64,000 nucleotides of DNA from NCBI GenBank assembly GCA_041753875.1, contig CM085492.1, positions 12,319,563 to 12,383,562 on the forward strand. The letters are read 5' to 3'. Positions 12,817-22,567 of the stretch are shown piece after piece (position 1 is the first letter of the stretch; the number at the start of each line of letters is the position of its first letter). The stretch comes from Acanthopagrus schlegelii (Eukaryota). The position numbers were made by a program, and so were the translations under genes. The notes under the pieces are model-generated. The model was not told where the DNA came from. It searched no databases and was given only the letters and a program-made list of their open reading frames with translations.

Positions 12817-13639
12817 GTAGGTCTCGTTTTATTGGCCTTATGTTTCTGAAGCGTTCGTGATATCACTCGCCCATCTCATGGACCCGATACAGTTGGATTT
12901 TAGCAAAAGTACTGACTGTATTGGCTGCCACTGATGACTTGACAGCTCTCCAAAAATTAAGCAAAATTGCTTCCTGGTGGCTGGCTGCAGTGAGTGGGGC
13001 ATGAACCAAACTAAATACTCAAAGTACATGTCAAATAACATTTGTCCAAACATAACTTCTGTCATTTTGAGTAGGTGGTTCTGATAAGTGAATGACTTAT
13101 TTGAGACATAAAAATGGCATATGATATCACGTGGCAGCAGAGCCCCGCTTGCCACTTAGGCCAAAGATGTACTTGCTTTTAACCACACATCCGGGTATGC
13201 ACGAGTCCTGCGAGATGTGGAGTGTAGGTCCAGTATGGGGACATGTCAGCAGCAGGGACAACAACAGAACAACAAGCAAACGTATGCCCTCTAGTTTTAT
13301 CCTCCAGTAAAAAACATTGTATGTAGGCACTTATGTGACCATCTTTGTTAACAATTCAGCCAGTTGTCTATGTGAACATATGGTTCTAAACAAGTAAATG
13401 TCCGGCCTTAGTCAGGTGGGTGTATATGAGGTATCTCAATACCAAGCTCCACTGTCCTATCACTGCTGCGTAGACTTTTGTTTTCCATCTGTCTTGCTAG
13501 TGAAGCTTAATTTCACCAGACAGACACATAGAAGACTTATGATTTAATCAGAATTTCAGGTGTTTTGTTGTATTTTTATGTATGTTATCACAAATGCAAA
13601 AAGAAAAAAAAGCATAAATAATTACTGTATTGTTCATAG

Positions 13640-13708
13640 GGAAGAGGAGGCTTGTTCTCTGGCATCCTTAAGAAACACAATAAAACAGCAGATGAGGCAC
13701 CTGCGCAG
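13640..13708 (+). CDS. Exon 14: GRGGLFSGILKKHNKTADEAPAQ (B-type).
   Basis: Acceptor tgttcatag, donor gtgagt, 69 nt. Confidence 0.7.
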
Positions 13709-13825
13709 GTGAGTAAGAATAGCCTCCTCTTTCTTAGAATACAAAATGAACATCTGTTGATACTTTTCATTATTTTTTTGTGTGTTTTTTCATTTTTTAT
13801 TGTTTTTTTTACATTTGTGTTTCAG

Positions 13826-13894
13826 GACAGTCTGAGTGTCAACAGTGAGCTGTCTGCCAGCAGCGACAGTCTGTCTGAAAGCAACAGCAACAAG
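13826..13894 (+). CDS. Exon 15: DSLSVNSELSASSDSLSESNSNK (A-type).
   Basis: Acceptor gtgtttcag, donor gtgaga, 69 nt. Confidence 0.75.
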
Positions 13895-14026
13895 GTGAGA
13901 AGTTCTGTGTCACAGTGCAGATAAAGTTATCTTTAAGTACAGTGTACACACAGATTAGCAGTTCGTCATGCAGAAAAGCCCCTCACTGACCTTCCATAAC
14001 TGAGCCTTTGCTTTTGTCTGTTTCAG

Positions 14027-14098
14027 GAAAAAGGAGGAATATTCAGCGGGATGTTCAAGAAGTCTCCGAAACCAGCAGAAGCTGCTCAGACTGATGAG
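14027..14098 (+). CDS. Exon 16: EKGGIFSGMFKKSPKPAEAAQTDE (B-type, canonical).
   Basis: Acceptor ctgtttcag, donor gtgatg, 72 nt. Confidence 0.8.
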
Positions 14099-14201
14099 GT
14101 GATGCAGCTGAAAACTATTTAAATAAAGACCGAATGGTCGACTCGTTAGTAAGATCCAGTGGCCTGATGCTCACATTGAACTGGTTCATTTTATCTTCTA
14201 G

Positions 14202-14264
14202 GACCAACAGGCTCTACAAGAGAATTTGTCAGGCAGTAATGATAATCTGTCTGAAAACACAAAG
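14202..14264 (+). CDS. Exon 17: DQQALQENLSGSNDNLSENTK (A-type).
   Basis: Acceptor tcttctag, donor gtgagc, 63 nt. Confidence 0.75.
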
Positions 14265-14375
14265 GTGAGCTCAGTACTTGGCTGTGAAGTGACTGGATTA
14301 TACCTGCAGCATCATCATCGTTATGATTATGTAACAGTCACTGATGGTGTGAATCAATCTCTCTGGTGTCACCAG

Positions 14376-14447
14376 GAGAAAGGAGGAATTTTCAGCGGGA
14401 TTCTCAGAAAGTCTCCCAAGCTTCCAGGAGAGGGAACGCCGGGGCAG
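14376..14447 (+). CDS. Exon 18: EKGGIFSGILRKSPKLPGEGTPGQ (B-type).
   Basis: Acceptor gtcaccag, donor gtagaa, 72 nt. Confidence 0.8.
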
Positions 14448-14992
14448 GTAGAAAATGTTTTTGCACACATTTTAGACACTCTAGTTATCACTGAAAATGT
14501 TTCAGACTGCCTTGTTTTTCACCCCATCAGAAAAAATGAATGCAAGTGTAAATAAAAGGAGGTTCAGGGTTTTGAACATATTAATGATGCAATGCAAACG
14601 CCTAATAAAACATGGAGTGTAGTTAAAATGTTTGGGTTAAGTGGGTTTCTTATGTACAACAGTCATGTTCCTACTTAAAGGATTCAACAAATTTGGGGAT
14701 CCTTTGTGGTTTTGGTGTTGTTGTCTGCTTGTTTGTGAGTTGTATTAAAGGACAACAAGAAAGGACATATTGATGGTGCAAAGTCTTACTGTCCATCTGT
14801 TGCAGTCCTCTGATGCTCTTTGTAATTGCCAGACTCTTCATAATTTTAAATACAGAATTGACATGAAAGAGAAAATGTAAGACAGTAAATAAAAAGATCA
14901 GAGAGCAAGAAAATTAAAACTGAACACTTGGTGGATTCTTGTTCATTGATCAAACAACTGAGGCGTCGTATTGTTCTTTGTTTTTGTTTCAG

Positions 14993-15055
14993 GATAAAGA
15001 GTCGCTGCAAACGGACCCATCAGACAGTAATGACACTAATGAGAACGGCACCAAA
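14993..15055 (+). CDS. Exon 19: DKESLQTDPSDSNDTNENGTK (divergent A-type).
   Basis: Acceptor tttgtttcag, donor gtaagg, 63 nt. Confidence 0.6.
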
Positions 15056-15649
15056 GTAAGGAGCCCAGATTGACTGGGTTGATGACAGCGGCTGAATCTT
15101 ATATTTACTTTCAACCCTCCCCTATATTTAGAAAAAACTGCAACACCCTCATTGTTAAAGACGCTTTGTTACATACATTCAAAATTATACTTAAACTGAC
15201 AACTTTTATACATATTGTTATGAAGTAAATGTTGATTGCACAATGTAATGGCTGTAGAAGATGATATTTTGTCTGCTACCTGGCACAAAATCTCATGAGA
15301 AAATGAAGAACGACTGATGATCCAGTCGTCCTTTTTAAGGTCAGTTTGATTATTCAGTTCACTCAGTCATGGAAACAAAGAGTTTGGAGTTCGCATTTGA
15401 CAAAGAAAAGGAAAGCAAACTGAACTAGTTTGACGTGAGGTGGAAAATGAAGCCCTGATAAAGAAACAGGATGTGCTCTGTGCCCTTCCATGAGCAAAAA
15501 GAAAAAAATACATGAACCTTCCCCTTTTCTGTCAAACTCACCACAAGGTGATTTTTCCAAATTATCCAAACTTTAATTATAAGTATGTAACTTCACATAC
15601 TTCCTTTCAGTGTCCAGAAAATGAATTCCTATTTGTCTTTATGTTTCAG

Positions 15650-15727
15650 GAGAAAGGAGGAGGAAGTGTTTTCAGTGGGATGTTCAAGAAATCTCCCAAA
15701 CTGTCTGAGGCCCCCCGACTGAAGGAG
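15650..15727 (+). CDS. Exon 20: EKGGGSVFSGMFKKSPKLSEAPRLKE (B-type).
   Basis: Acceptor atgtttcag, donor gtaaaa, 78 nt. Confidence 0.8.
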
Positions 15728-16139
15728 GTAAAACTTTATATACTTAATGTCTGCGATAGTATATGTTGTGCAGTAAGATCATCATATGTTTTTTGCATCT
15801 TGGTCAACATTTCAGAAGAAAAAAGTCTATTTTCAGCATTGTGATGATGCATTTTGCAGCTAAGGCGAGAGGTTTTTTTAAATTTTTTATTTTTCACAAT
15901 CAGTAAAGGAATGATTGATCACTCAGTGTATGAAGGAACAAATCAGATTCAAAATCTCCTAAGCCGGAGATACATGATTGTCACTGGACAGGAGGGTTAT
16001 TACAGTCCACTGCTGCATTCGAAGCCTTGAATGTAAAGAGCTGCGGACTCCTGCTTTAACCTGTTTTGTGTCAGTAATTGGATCCCTGCAGTCAATATCC
16101 ATGTCCACACAGGTTGAGTAACATTTTTGTTGTGTTTAG

Positions 16140-16199
16140 GAAGCAGAGACGTTACACAGTGAGCTCTCTGCCAGCACTGACAGCCTGACGGAGAACAAG
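16140..16199 (+). CDS. Exon 21: EAETLHSELSASTDSLTENK (A-type).
   Basis: Acceptor tgtgtttag, donor gtgagt, 60 nt. Confidence 0.75.
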
Positions 16200-16395
16200 G
16201 TGAGTCTTCATGATGGAAGTGACAGTGACGGATCCTCCCGCGCACCCACAGAAACTCCATGAGTCACCGTGACTCACATGATCAGCAACACTAATGTGGG
16301 AAAATATCTGCAGCTCTGTCGCTGGATAATCTTCAATCTGGAATTCAAGAAAATAATTTGTCAGTTTCATTTAACATGTTTTCTGCTCGGTGTAG

Positions 16396-16452
16396 GAAAA
16401 AGGCGGTTTGTTCAGCGGACTCCTCAGAAAGACTCCAAAAACAGCCGTAGAG
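16396..16452 (+). CDS. Exon 22: EKGGLFSGLLRKTPKTAVE (B-type).
   Basis: Acceptor ggtgtag, donor gtacac, 57 nt. Confidence 0.8.
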
Positions 16453-16781
16453 GTACACTGACTCAAATCCAAGTTTCTTTGCTTTCAGGCAGACACAGAA
16501 TGGAAACACCATCTAATCCAACCACCTTGATGGTTTCAATGTCAATGTCATTCCTACAACCTCATTTGTTGCTTGTACTCAATTGAATCACCCATCCTTT
16601 ATGCTATGTTTAGAAATAACAAAATAAATGGAGCACAGCTAAGTATGTGTGGCAGTGTGCTCAAATGCTGTAATGTAGAAGTTGAATTGAAATTTTTACA
16701 CATTCTTCTACAGATTTATTTTTTGTAACTCTTTCCTGTGGAGCTACTTTCCGTTTCTGACAGACTGAATTCTTGTTTCAG

Positions 16782-16850
16782 GAGAATCTTTCGGCACGGA
16801 AAGAACTTTCAGCCAGCAACGACAGTCTGTCCGAGACCGCCAACACCAAG
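16782..16850 (+). CDS. Exon 23: ENLSARKELSASNDSLSETANTK (A-type).
   Basis: Acceptor cttgtttcag, donor gtcagt, 69 nt. Confidence 0.75.
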
Positions 16851-17266
16851 GTCAGTTTTTGGTATAAAAGCACACTTTGTCACTTCATTTGAAAGCTGAT
16901 ACATTAAGAAATTGAGCAGGACATCTTGTTCCAGTTTCCATAAACAAATCTGATAATAGTGTTTTTGTGCAGATTTCCTGAAATGTAACCCCAGGTTGAA
17001 CAATGTGAACAATGGGGAAAAATGAAGCACTGAGAACAAAAGAGAGGCTGACATTTTTTCTTGGGAATTTTTTTGTTGTTTAGAACAGCAGGACTTACGA
17101 CTAGAGCTGAAACGTTTAGTCAACTGGAAATTATTCTGCAACTACTTTGATTAGTTGGTGTCATTTAAATGTTTAATTGTTAAATAATTTTTAAATTTCA
17201 AATGAAAAGTCAAAAAAATGTCAGGTGATGTATTTATGTTCTGTAAGCACTTCAACTGTGTTTCAG

Positions 17267-17338
17267 GAGAAAGGAGGTGCGTTCAGTGGAATATTCAAGA
17301 AGTCATCAAGACTTGCAGACGGTCATCACACTGAAGAC
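17267..17338 (+). CDS. Exon 24: EKGGAFSGIFKKSSRLADGHHTED (B-type).
   Basis: Acceptor gtgtttcag, donor gtaaga, 72 nt. Confidence 0.8.
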
Positions 17339-18163
17339 GTAAGAAGTGGCTTCTCTGTTTTTCTGTCTCCATCCAGTCATCCCTTTAGAAGTCTTGAACT
17401 TTAACTCTTTAACTTGTTCACTTTTCAAGCTGCATATTGCCAAAATGTCATCAGAGTACACTGAGTACACAAGTGACTTGAAGGCTGCTTGTTTGAATCC
17501 CAGAAACAACATGAGTAACTTATTTTAAGTTAACATAAGGTTTCTTCCAGGACATGGTTTGGCCTAGGTAGCAAGCCATCCAGATCTGGAAATGATGTAA
17601 TTCTTATCACCTGCACTTTAAATGCTTTAAAGGAGGACTCTGTCCATCAGTCCAACAAAGTTACAGCAGCAACATTTAAAAGAAAAGGATCAAAAATTAA
17701 TGCACCAGAATCAGAGATGCTGTCTTCTTAACCCCACGTTTTCTTCTTCCTTGTCTAAATCAAATGCATACATTATCTAAAGTCTAACTTAAACACTGAC
17801 GGTTTGATCAGAGATCCAGATGTTTTATACTGGTAGCATCTAATGAAGCCACGAGCTGCTAAGCTTAAGAGAGAAAAACAAGAGCTTTTCAGACCTCAGT
17901 AGCCCACTTCTCTCTAACTCCACACTGCCAGATTTTTTAAATTTTAAAACTTGTAGTCAAGACTGACTTAAGTGTCACTTGCTGTGATACTCCCGCAACA
18001 CCTCTAAAGAAACATAAATGTGTAATCTGGGGAGTTTCCCTTGAATCTGACATGGTAGCGGTAAAAGAGCAGTAAAAGTGCTTGGTTCCCCCACACTGTT
18101 ACTGATGACATGTCAATTGTCTGTAGTGTGTCAAAAGCTCTGATTGATTTAATCTTTTCTCAG

Positions 18164-18229
18164 GAAAAGCAATCAGAAGATGATGAGCTCTCAGGAAGCA
18201 CTGAAGCGCTGTCCGAGAACAACACAAAG
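18164..18229 (+). CDS. Exon 25: EKQSEDDELSGSTEALSENNTK (A-type).
   Basis: Acceptor tttctcag, donor gtgaat, 66 nt. Confidence 0.75.
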
Positions 18230-18310
18230 GTGAATTCTTTTTACACATCATTTAGAAGCCCGTCCTGACTAACTGTAAGAGGGAGCCCTCACTGTCTGAA
18301 TATGTTTCAG

Positions 18311-18382
18311 GAAAAAGGAGGAATATTTGCTGGAATGTTCAAGAAAGCCCCCAAACCTGCAGAAGCTGCTCAGCCTGAGGAG
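18311..18382 (+). CDS. Exon 26: EKGGIFAGMFKKAPKPAEAAQPEE (B-type).
   Basis: Acceptor atgtttcag, donor gtaaaa, 72 nt. Confidence 0.8.
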
Positions 18383-18794
18383 GTAAAAGTCTAATTTACT
18401 TCATTATTAGCCTGTCTATTAATTGTTTAAATAAAATACAGCTCTCGATCTTCATATATTAGTTTTCTGAAAATGTAAGTTGTAAAGCATCATTGCCTGT
18501 TTGTTAGCAAGGTATCTGAGAACGTTATGATGTTTTGAAAAGAGATTTCCTAACTTTTCTTCACATCTTCTCCATGTTCACATGAACTACTTCACTGAAA
18601 ATCTGGCAAATGTGTCGCATCATTGACTATGATAATGCAAAAATATGCACGGATGTTGATTTCATATTTTCACTAAGAAATATACTGTGAACCGATAGGT
18701 GCCACTCAAATTACTGCCACCTTTTTTATCAATGTAACGACTGAAATAATGTATTCCCCACGCAACATGTTTATAACCTGATGACTTTTAACAG

Positions 18795-18854
18795 GACGAG
18801 TCTGCTGACAAAGAGCTCTCAGCCAGCAATGAGAATTTATCAGAGGGCAAACAG
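18795..18854 (+). CDS. Exon 27: DESADKELSASNENLSEGKQ (A-type).
   Basis: Acceptor tttaacag, donor gtcagt, 60 nt. Confidence 0.75.
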
Positions 18855-18943
18855 GTCAGTGAGTTAAGTCCAAGATGGGTAATGAGTTTGAGTCTCTCAG
18901 CCCATCATGAAGCCTTTTTTCTGTCTTTTGTCTGTTTCATCAG

Positions 18944-19018
18944 GAGAAAGGTGGAGGTTTGTTCAGAGGCCTCAACAAAAAGCCTCCCAAAGCGTCTGGA
19001 GAAAAAACAGAGTCACCG
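18944..19018 (+). CDS. Exon 28: EKGGGLFRGLNKKPPKASGEKTESP (B-type).
   Basis: Acceptor tttcatcag, donor gtgagt, 75 nt. Confidence 0.8.
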
Positions 19019-19108
19019 GTGAGTTTGTGTTTTCTGGAAGTGCCATTAGTCTCGTAACTTCAACAAAATTTTCAACTGTTTCATTAAACATCTGTTTCTC
19101 TGTTTCAG

Positions 19109-19174
19109 GATGCAGAGGCTCGGAAAGAGTTGTCTGGCAGCAACGACGACCTGTCTGAGAATAACACCACTAAG
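19109..19174 (+). CDS. Exon 29: DAEARKELSGSNDDLSENNTTK (A-type).
   Basis: Acceptor ctgtttcag, donor gtgagc, 66 nt. Confidence 0.75.
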
Positions 19175-19255
19175 GTGAGCAGCATAATGTGACAAAAAAC
19201 ATGCAGATGAAATGTCTTCAGAGGGAACGTTCACTGACACCAGATTATTTTTCAG

Positions 19256-19324
19256 GAGAAAAACATTTTCAGCAACATGTTCAAGAAGCAACAGAAACCA
19301 GCAGAGGGCGCTGCAGCAGAGAAG
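19256..19324 (+). CDS. Exon 30: EKNIFSNMFKKQQKPAEGAAAEK (B-type).
   Basis: Acceptor tttttcag, donor gtgcca, 69 nt. Confidence 0.75.
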
Positions 19325-19417
19325 GTGCCATGATGTGATATAATTGACTGAATACATTCGGTTTATTGAGAATGGATGTTAATATTGTAATGAACTGTTT
19401 TCTGGCTTTGAATTCAG

Positions 19418-19483
19418 GAGCTGGAGGTGAACAGTGAAAGTCAGATATCTGGTAGCTGTGAGAATCTGTCTGATGCCCCAAAG
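19418..19483 (+). CDS. Exon 31: ELEVNSESQISGSCENLSDAPK (A-type).
   Basis: Acceptor gaattcag, donor gtactt, 66 nt. Confidence 0.7.
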
Positions 19484-19602
19484 GTACTTTTCGTTCTTTA
19501 AAAAGACTCTTTTCTCTGTTTTTCTGTCTTGGAGTCTCTGTAGTTTTATTAACATGTTTCTGAATATTTTCATTTGAGAGAAATAACTCAAATCTGTTTT
19601 AG

Positions 19603-19668
19603 GAGAAAAAAGGAGGCCTGGCTGGCATCTTCAAAAGATCAGGCAGCATCGACAACCTGTTTGATGAG
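19603..19668 (+). CDS. Exon 32: EKKGGLAGIFKRSGSIDNLFDE (B-type).
   Basis: Acceptor ctgttttag, donor gtcagt, 66 nt. Confidence 0.75.
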
Positions 19669-19852
19669 GTCAGTGTGAACCTAGTGAGCACAGTATCACA
19701 GTAGCAGCCCTACTACAATTAAGGCACCCATGAGCAGATACTTTTACTTCTGATTATAGTTACCTATAGCATTTTCAATGCATTAAAAGTTATTTTTCAT
19801 AACTTTTCAACAACTTAACTTGCATGCTTTTTTCTTTTTTTTTACTCACCAG

Positions 19853-19924
19853 GAGAAAGGCGGGCTGTTCAGTGGACTCCGTAAGAAAACACCCAAAGCG
19901 TCTGGAGATGAGGCGGCTGTAGAG
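19853..19924 (+). CDS. Exon 33: EKGGLFSGLRKKTPKASGDEAAVE (B-type; a second consecutive B exon).
   Basis: Acceptor tactcaccag, donor gtgagt, 72 nt. Confidence 0.8.
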
Positions 19925-20008
19925 GTGAGTGTGTGTGACCTCGGACACTGTTAGGATCACTCAGCATCATTGTCCATGTTTGTATACTGTGAAATTCTCT
20001 TTTGTCAG

Positions 20009-20074
20009 GACAAAGATGATCAGATGGAGCTGACGGCGAGTAATGACAGTCTGTCAGAAACCAACAACACTAAG
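20009..20074 (+). CDS. Exon 34: DKDDQMELTASNDSLSETNNTK (A-type).
   Basis: Acceptor ttttgtcag, donor gtactg, 66 nt. Confidence 0.75.
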
Positions 20075-20296
20075 GTACTGTGTTGAGATTTTTTTTTTTT
20101 TTAAGCATAAAAGGAACTTCTGCACTATAAACTTTATTCAAATTCACTCTGACATGCGTAAGTTTTCTCATGTACATTTAAAAACACATTCTTTTAATGC
20201 TGTTTATTTTTTATTGTACTTTTTAGCTATGACACATTACAAATAAACCTGGTGTAGTCTTCAACGCCACTTACTGTCTGTCTTGTCTGTTTTCAG

Positions 20297-20365
20297 GAGA
20301 AAAGTATTTTTAGTGGCATGTTCAAGAAGACTCAGAAACCAACAGAGGGGGCTACAACGGATGAG
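20297..20365 (+). CDS. Exon 35: EKSIFSGMFKKTQKPTEGATTDE (B-type).
   Basis: Acceptor ctgttttcag, donor gtgcag, 69 nt. Confidence 0.75.
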
Positions 20366-20439
20366 GTGCAGTAAATGACCCTTTAATGTTCAAAATGTAT
20401 TTCTGTTCGTCTCTTTTTGATCTTTGATTTTCTCTGCAG

Positions 20440-20511
20440 GAGTTAAACTGGGATGAGGATAATACGTTGTATGGCAGTGGTGAAAATCTCTTAGAAACAA
20501 CCACATCAAAG
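20440..20511 (+). CDS. Exon 36: ELNWDEDNTLYGSGENLLETTTSK (divergent A-type).
   Basis: Acceptor ttctctgcag, donor gtaaaa, 72 nt. Confidence 0.65.
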
Positions 20512-20605
20512 GTAAAAATGTGGTCCAACAAACACAATCTCAGTCTGTTTTTATTCTGTTCTGCAGCTGAATATCAACTGTTAACAAGTGTTTCATACAT
20601 TTCAG

Positions 20606-20677
20606 GAGAAGAGTGGTGGACTGGCAGGGATCTTCAGAAAGTCTCCAAAACCAGCTCCTCGATCGATCGCTACAGAG
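20606..20677 (+). CDS. Exon 37: EKSGGLAGIFRKSPKPAPRSIATE (B-type).
   Basis: Acceptor catttcag, donor gtgacc, 72 nt. Confidence 0.75.
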
Positions 20678-20825
20678 GTGACCAAGGTTTTTTTTTTTGT
20701 GCGGTTGTATGTATGATTATTCATGATTGAGATTTCTGCGGAAGCGCTCGTTTAAATTTTTGTGCTAACATTGTTTAAAAATAACCTTCAGCAAGTTCAC
20801 ACAGAGGTTCCGTCGTTTTTTCCAG

Positions 20826-20888
20826 GATCCCCTCACTGCCTCTAAGGAACTATCCGCCAGCTGCGACAGCCTCGTAGAAACTGCAGAG
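20826..20888 (+). CDS. Exon 38: DPLTASKELSASCDSLVETAE (A-type).
   Basis: Acceptor ttttttccag, donor gtgaga, 63 nt. Confidence 0.7.
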
Positions 20889-21231
20889 GTGAGAGATACT
20901 CAGAATCTGTGGATGCACTTGGATGCAACTTGTTTTGTTTATTTTAACCCATTGAGACAGAGGATGCCCATTTAAAAAAAAAACATTATAAAACCTTAGG
21001 CATTGTTTGAAAACACCTCCTGAAACCTGAGGCATAACTGAAAGATGTGACAGAACTGTCAGTGTTCACTAAAACCTTTATTTCTCAGCTTCTGGAGAGG
21101 AAAGAACATGAAATAAAGAAACATTTGAATTACTGTGAGAGTTGTGTCCAACAACCATGCCAAAAAGTTTCAGTGATAGTAATTTCTGACAAAATTCTTG
21201 TTTTGTTCCGTCTATTAATTTTATTTTAAAG

Positions 21232-21294
21232 GATGACCTTCCTCGATTATCGGCCAGCACAGATAATCTTGTAGAAGCTTCAAGTGCCACGAAG
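21232..21294 (+). CDS. Exon 39: DDLPRLSASTDNLVEASSATK (A-type; a second consecutive A exon).
   Basis: Acceptor ttattttaaag, donor gtgagt, 63 nt. Confidence 0.7.
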
Positions 21295-21382
21295 GTGAGT
21301 TAATTATTCTGCTTGACTGTATTAGTTTATTTTCCCATTTAAAATACTTGAATTAATGCTCCTTGTTTTATTTTTTGAAAAG

Positions 21383-21442
21383 GAGAAAAAAGGAGGGTTC
21401 GCTGGAATCTTTAGAAGAACGCCTAAAACAATTGAACATCAG
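21383..21442 (+). CDS. Exon 40: EKKGGFAGIFRRTPKTIEHQ (last B-type).
   Basis: Acceptor tttgaaaag, donor gtatgt, 60 nt. Confidence 0.75.
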
Positions 21443-21754
21443 GTATGTATATCACTATTACAGATGTGTACAATCATTAGTAGTTAGCACAACTAATACT
21501 GGTCACAGTGATTATATTTGATCTAACCCAGAAAAAAAGTAGGTTTATGATGTAGATAAATTGCCAATCTGTGAATTTAAGATGTAAGATTGTCAGTGAG
21601 GCGAATGAAAATGCTCTAAATACATAAAACGCATTTAGGGATTTGATTTGAGCATTGAGAGCTGGTTAGTTGATCCCTATAGACTCCTGGATCATGTGTG
21701 TGTGCAGCTGCTAAACAATCCTCTCTGCTGCCCATTTTCTGTACCAATTTTCAG

Positions 21755-21826
21755 GAAAGTGCAGACATGGAGTCTCCACAAGGAGGCGGGCTGAAACGCA
21801 GGAGAACCATCAAGAAAAAAAGACGA
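21755..21826 (+). CDS. Exon 41: ESADMESPQGGGLKRRRTIKKKRR (strong basic cluster).
   Basis: Acceptor caattttcag, donor gtgagt, 72 nt. Confidence 0.65.
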
Positions 21827-21939
21827 GTGAGTTGTCGTTTATTCACTGTAACATCCAGAGACACGATTATTGCAAACTGTGTTTTTTTTTTTCTTCTCTT
21901 CTGGTTGTTAAATCCCTCTTCTCTTTTTTGTTTTCTCAG

Positions 21940-22002
21940 GTTACTTCATTCCGAGTCAAGAAAACGCTTCCCAAAGTACCCAAACTTAATCTGACATCTC
22001 AG
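21940..22002 (+). CDS. Exon 42: VTSFRVKKTLPKVPKLNLTSQ.
   Basis: Acceptor gttttctcag, donor gtatct, 63 nt. Confidence 0.6.
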
Positions 22003-22322
22003 GTATCTACTGATTCCTTCTAGTTATTCCTGAGTTACTCACTTTCTCACTGCTGCTGCATCACTGCAGAGAAACTTGGTCCTGATATCAAGTCCCATGT
22101 CACCTTTTTAAAAAAATATTTGATCGCTTGAAAGGCTTGGAAAAAAAAAAAAGCCTTGAATAAAGTTTACGAACAGGTTGTTTTATGTTGCTGCTTCTTA
22201 TTAAGGTGCATAAGTTATGAGGATCAGTTGAAAAGGTGATTAGAAATCATGCTGGGTCATTTTTACAGGCACCCACATTCTCCACAAATATCTCTTTTTT
22301 ATTTATATTTCCTTACTTTATT

Positions 22323-22418
22323 TACTGATTATTATTATTGTTGTTATTATTATTATTATTATTATTGTTGTTATTGTTATTGTTATTATTATTATTGTTG
22401 TTGTTGTTGTTGTTATAT
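22323..22418. repeat. Compound (ATT)n/(GTT)n microsatellite, ~95 bp, in the intron just upstream of exon 43.
   Basis: ttattattattgttgttattattattatt...gttgttgttgttgtt. Confidence 0.9.
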
Positions 22419-22460
22419 TTTGCTGAGTTAATGAGATTGAGATTATTTTTTAATCCACAG

Positions 22461-22523
22461 AGTTCAGATAAAATGACTATTATTGAGGAGGCTGTTGAGC
22501 TGCAGGAGCTGAACCCAGCACAG
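22461..22523 (+). CDS. Exon 43: SSDKMTIIEEAVELQELNPAQ.
   Basis: Acceptor taatccacag, donor gtaaac, 63 nt. Confidence 0.6.
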
Positions 22524-22545
22524 GTAAACACAATGATGTTATTAA

Positions 22546-22567
22546 GTGTGTGTGTGTGTGTGTGTGG
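22546..22567. repeat. (GT)n microsatellite.
   Basis: gtgtgtgtgtgtgtgtgtgtgg. Confidence 0.85.
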
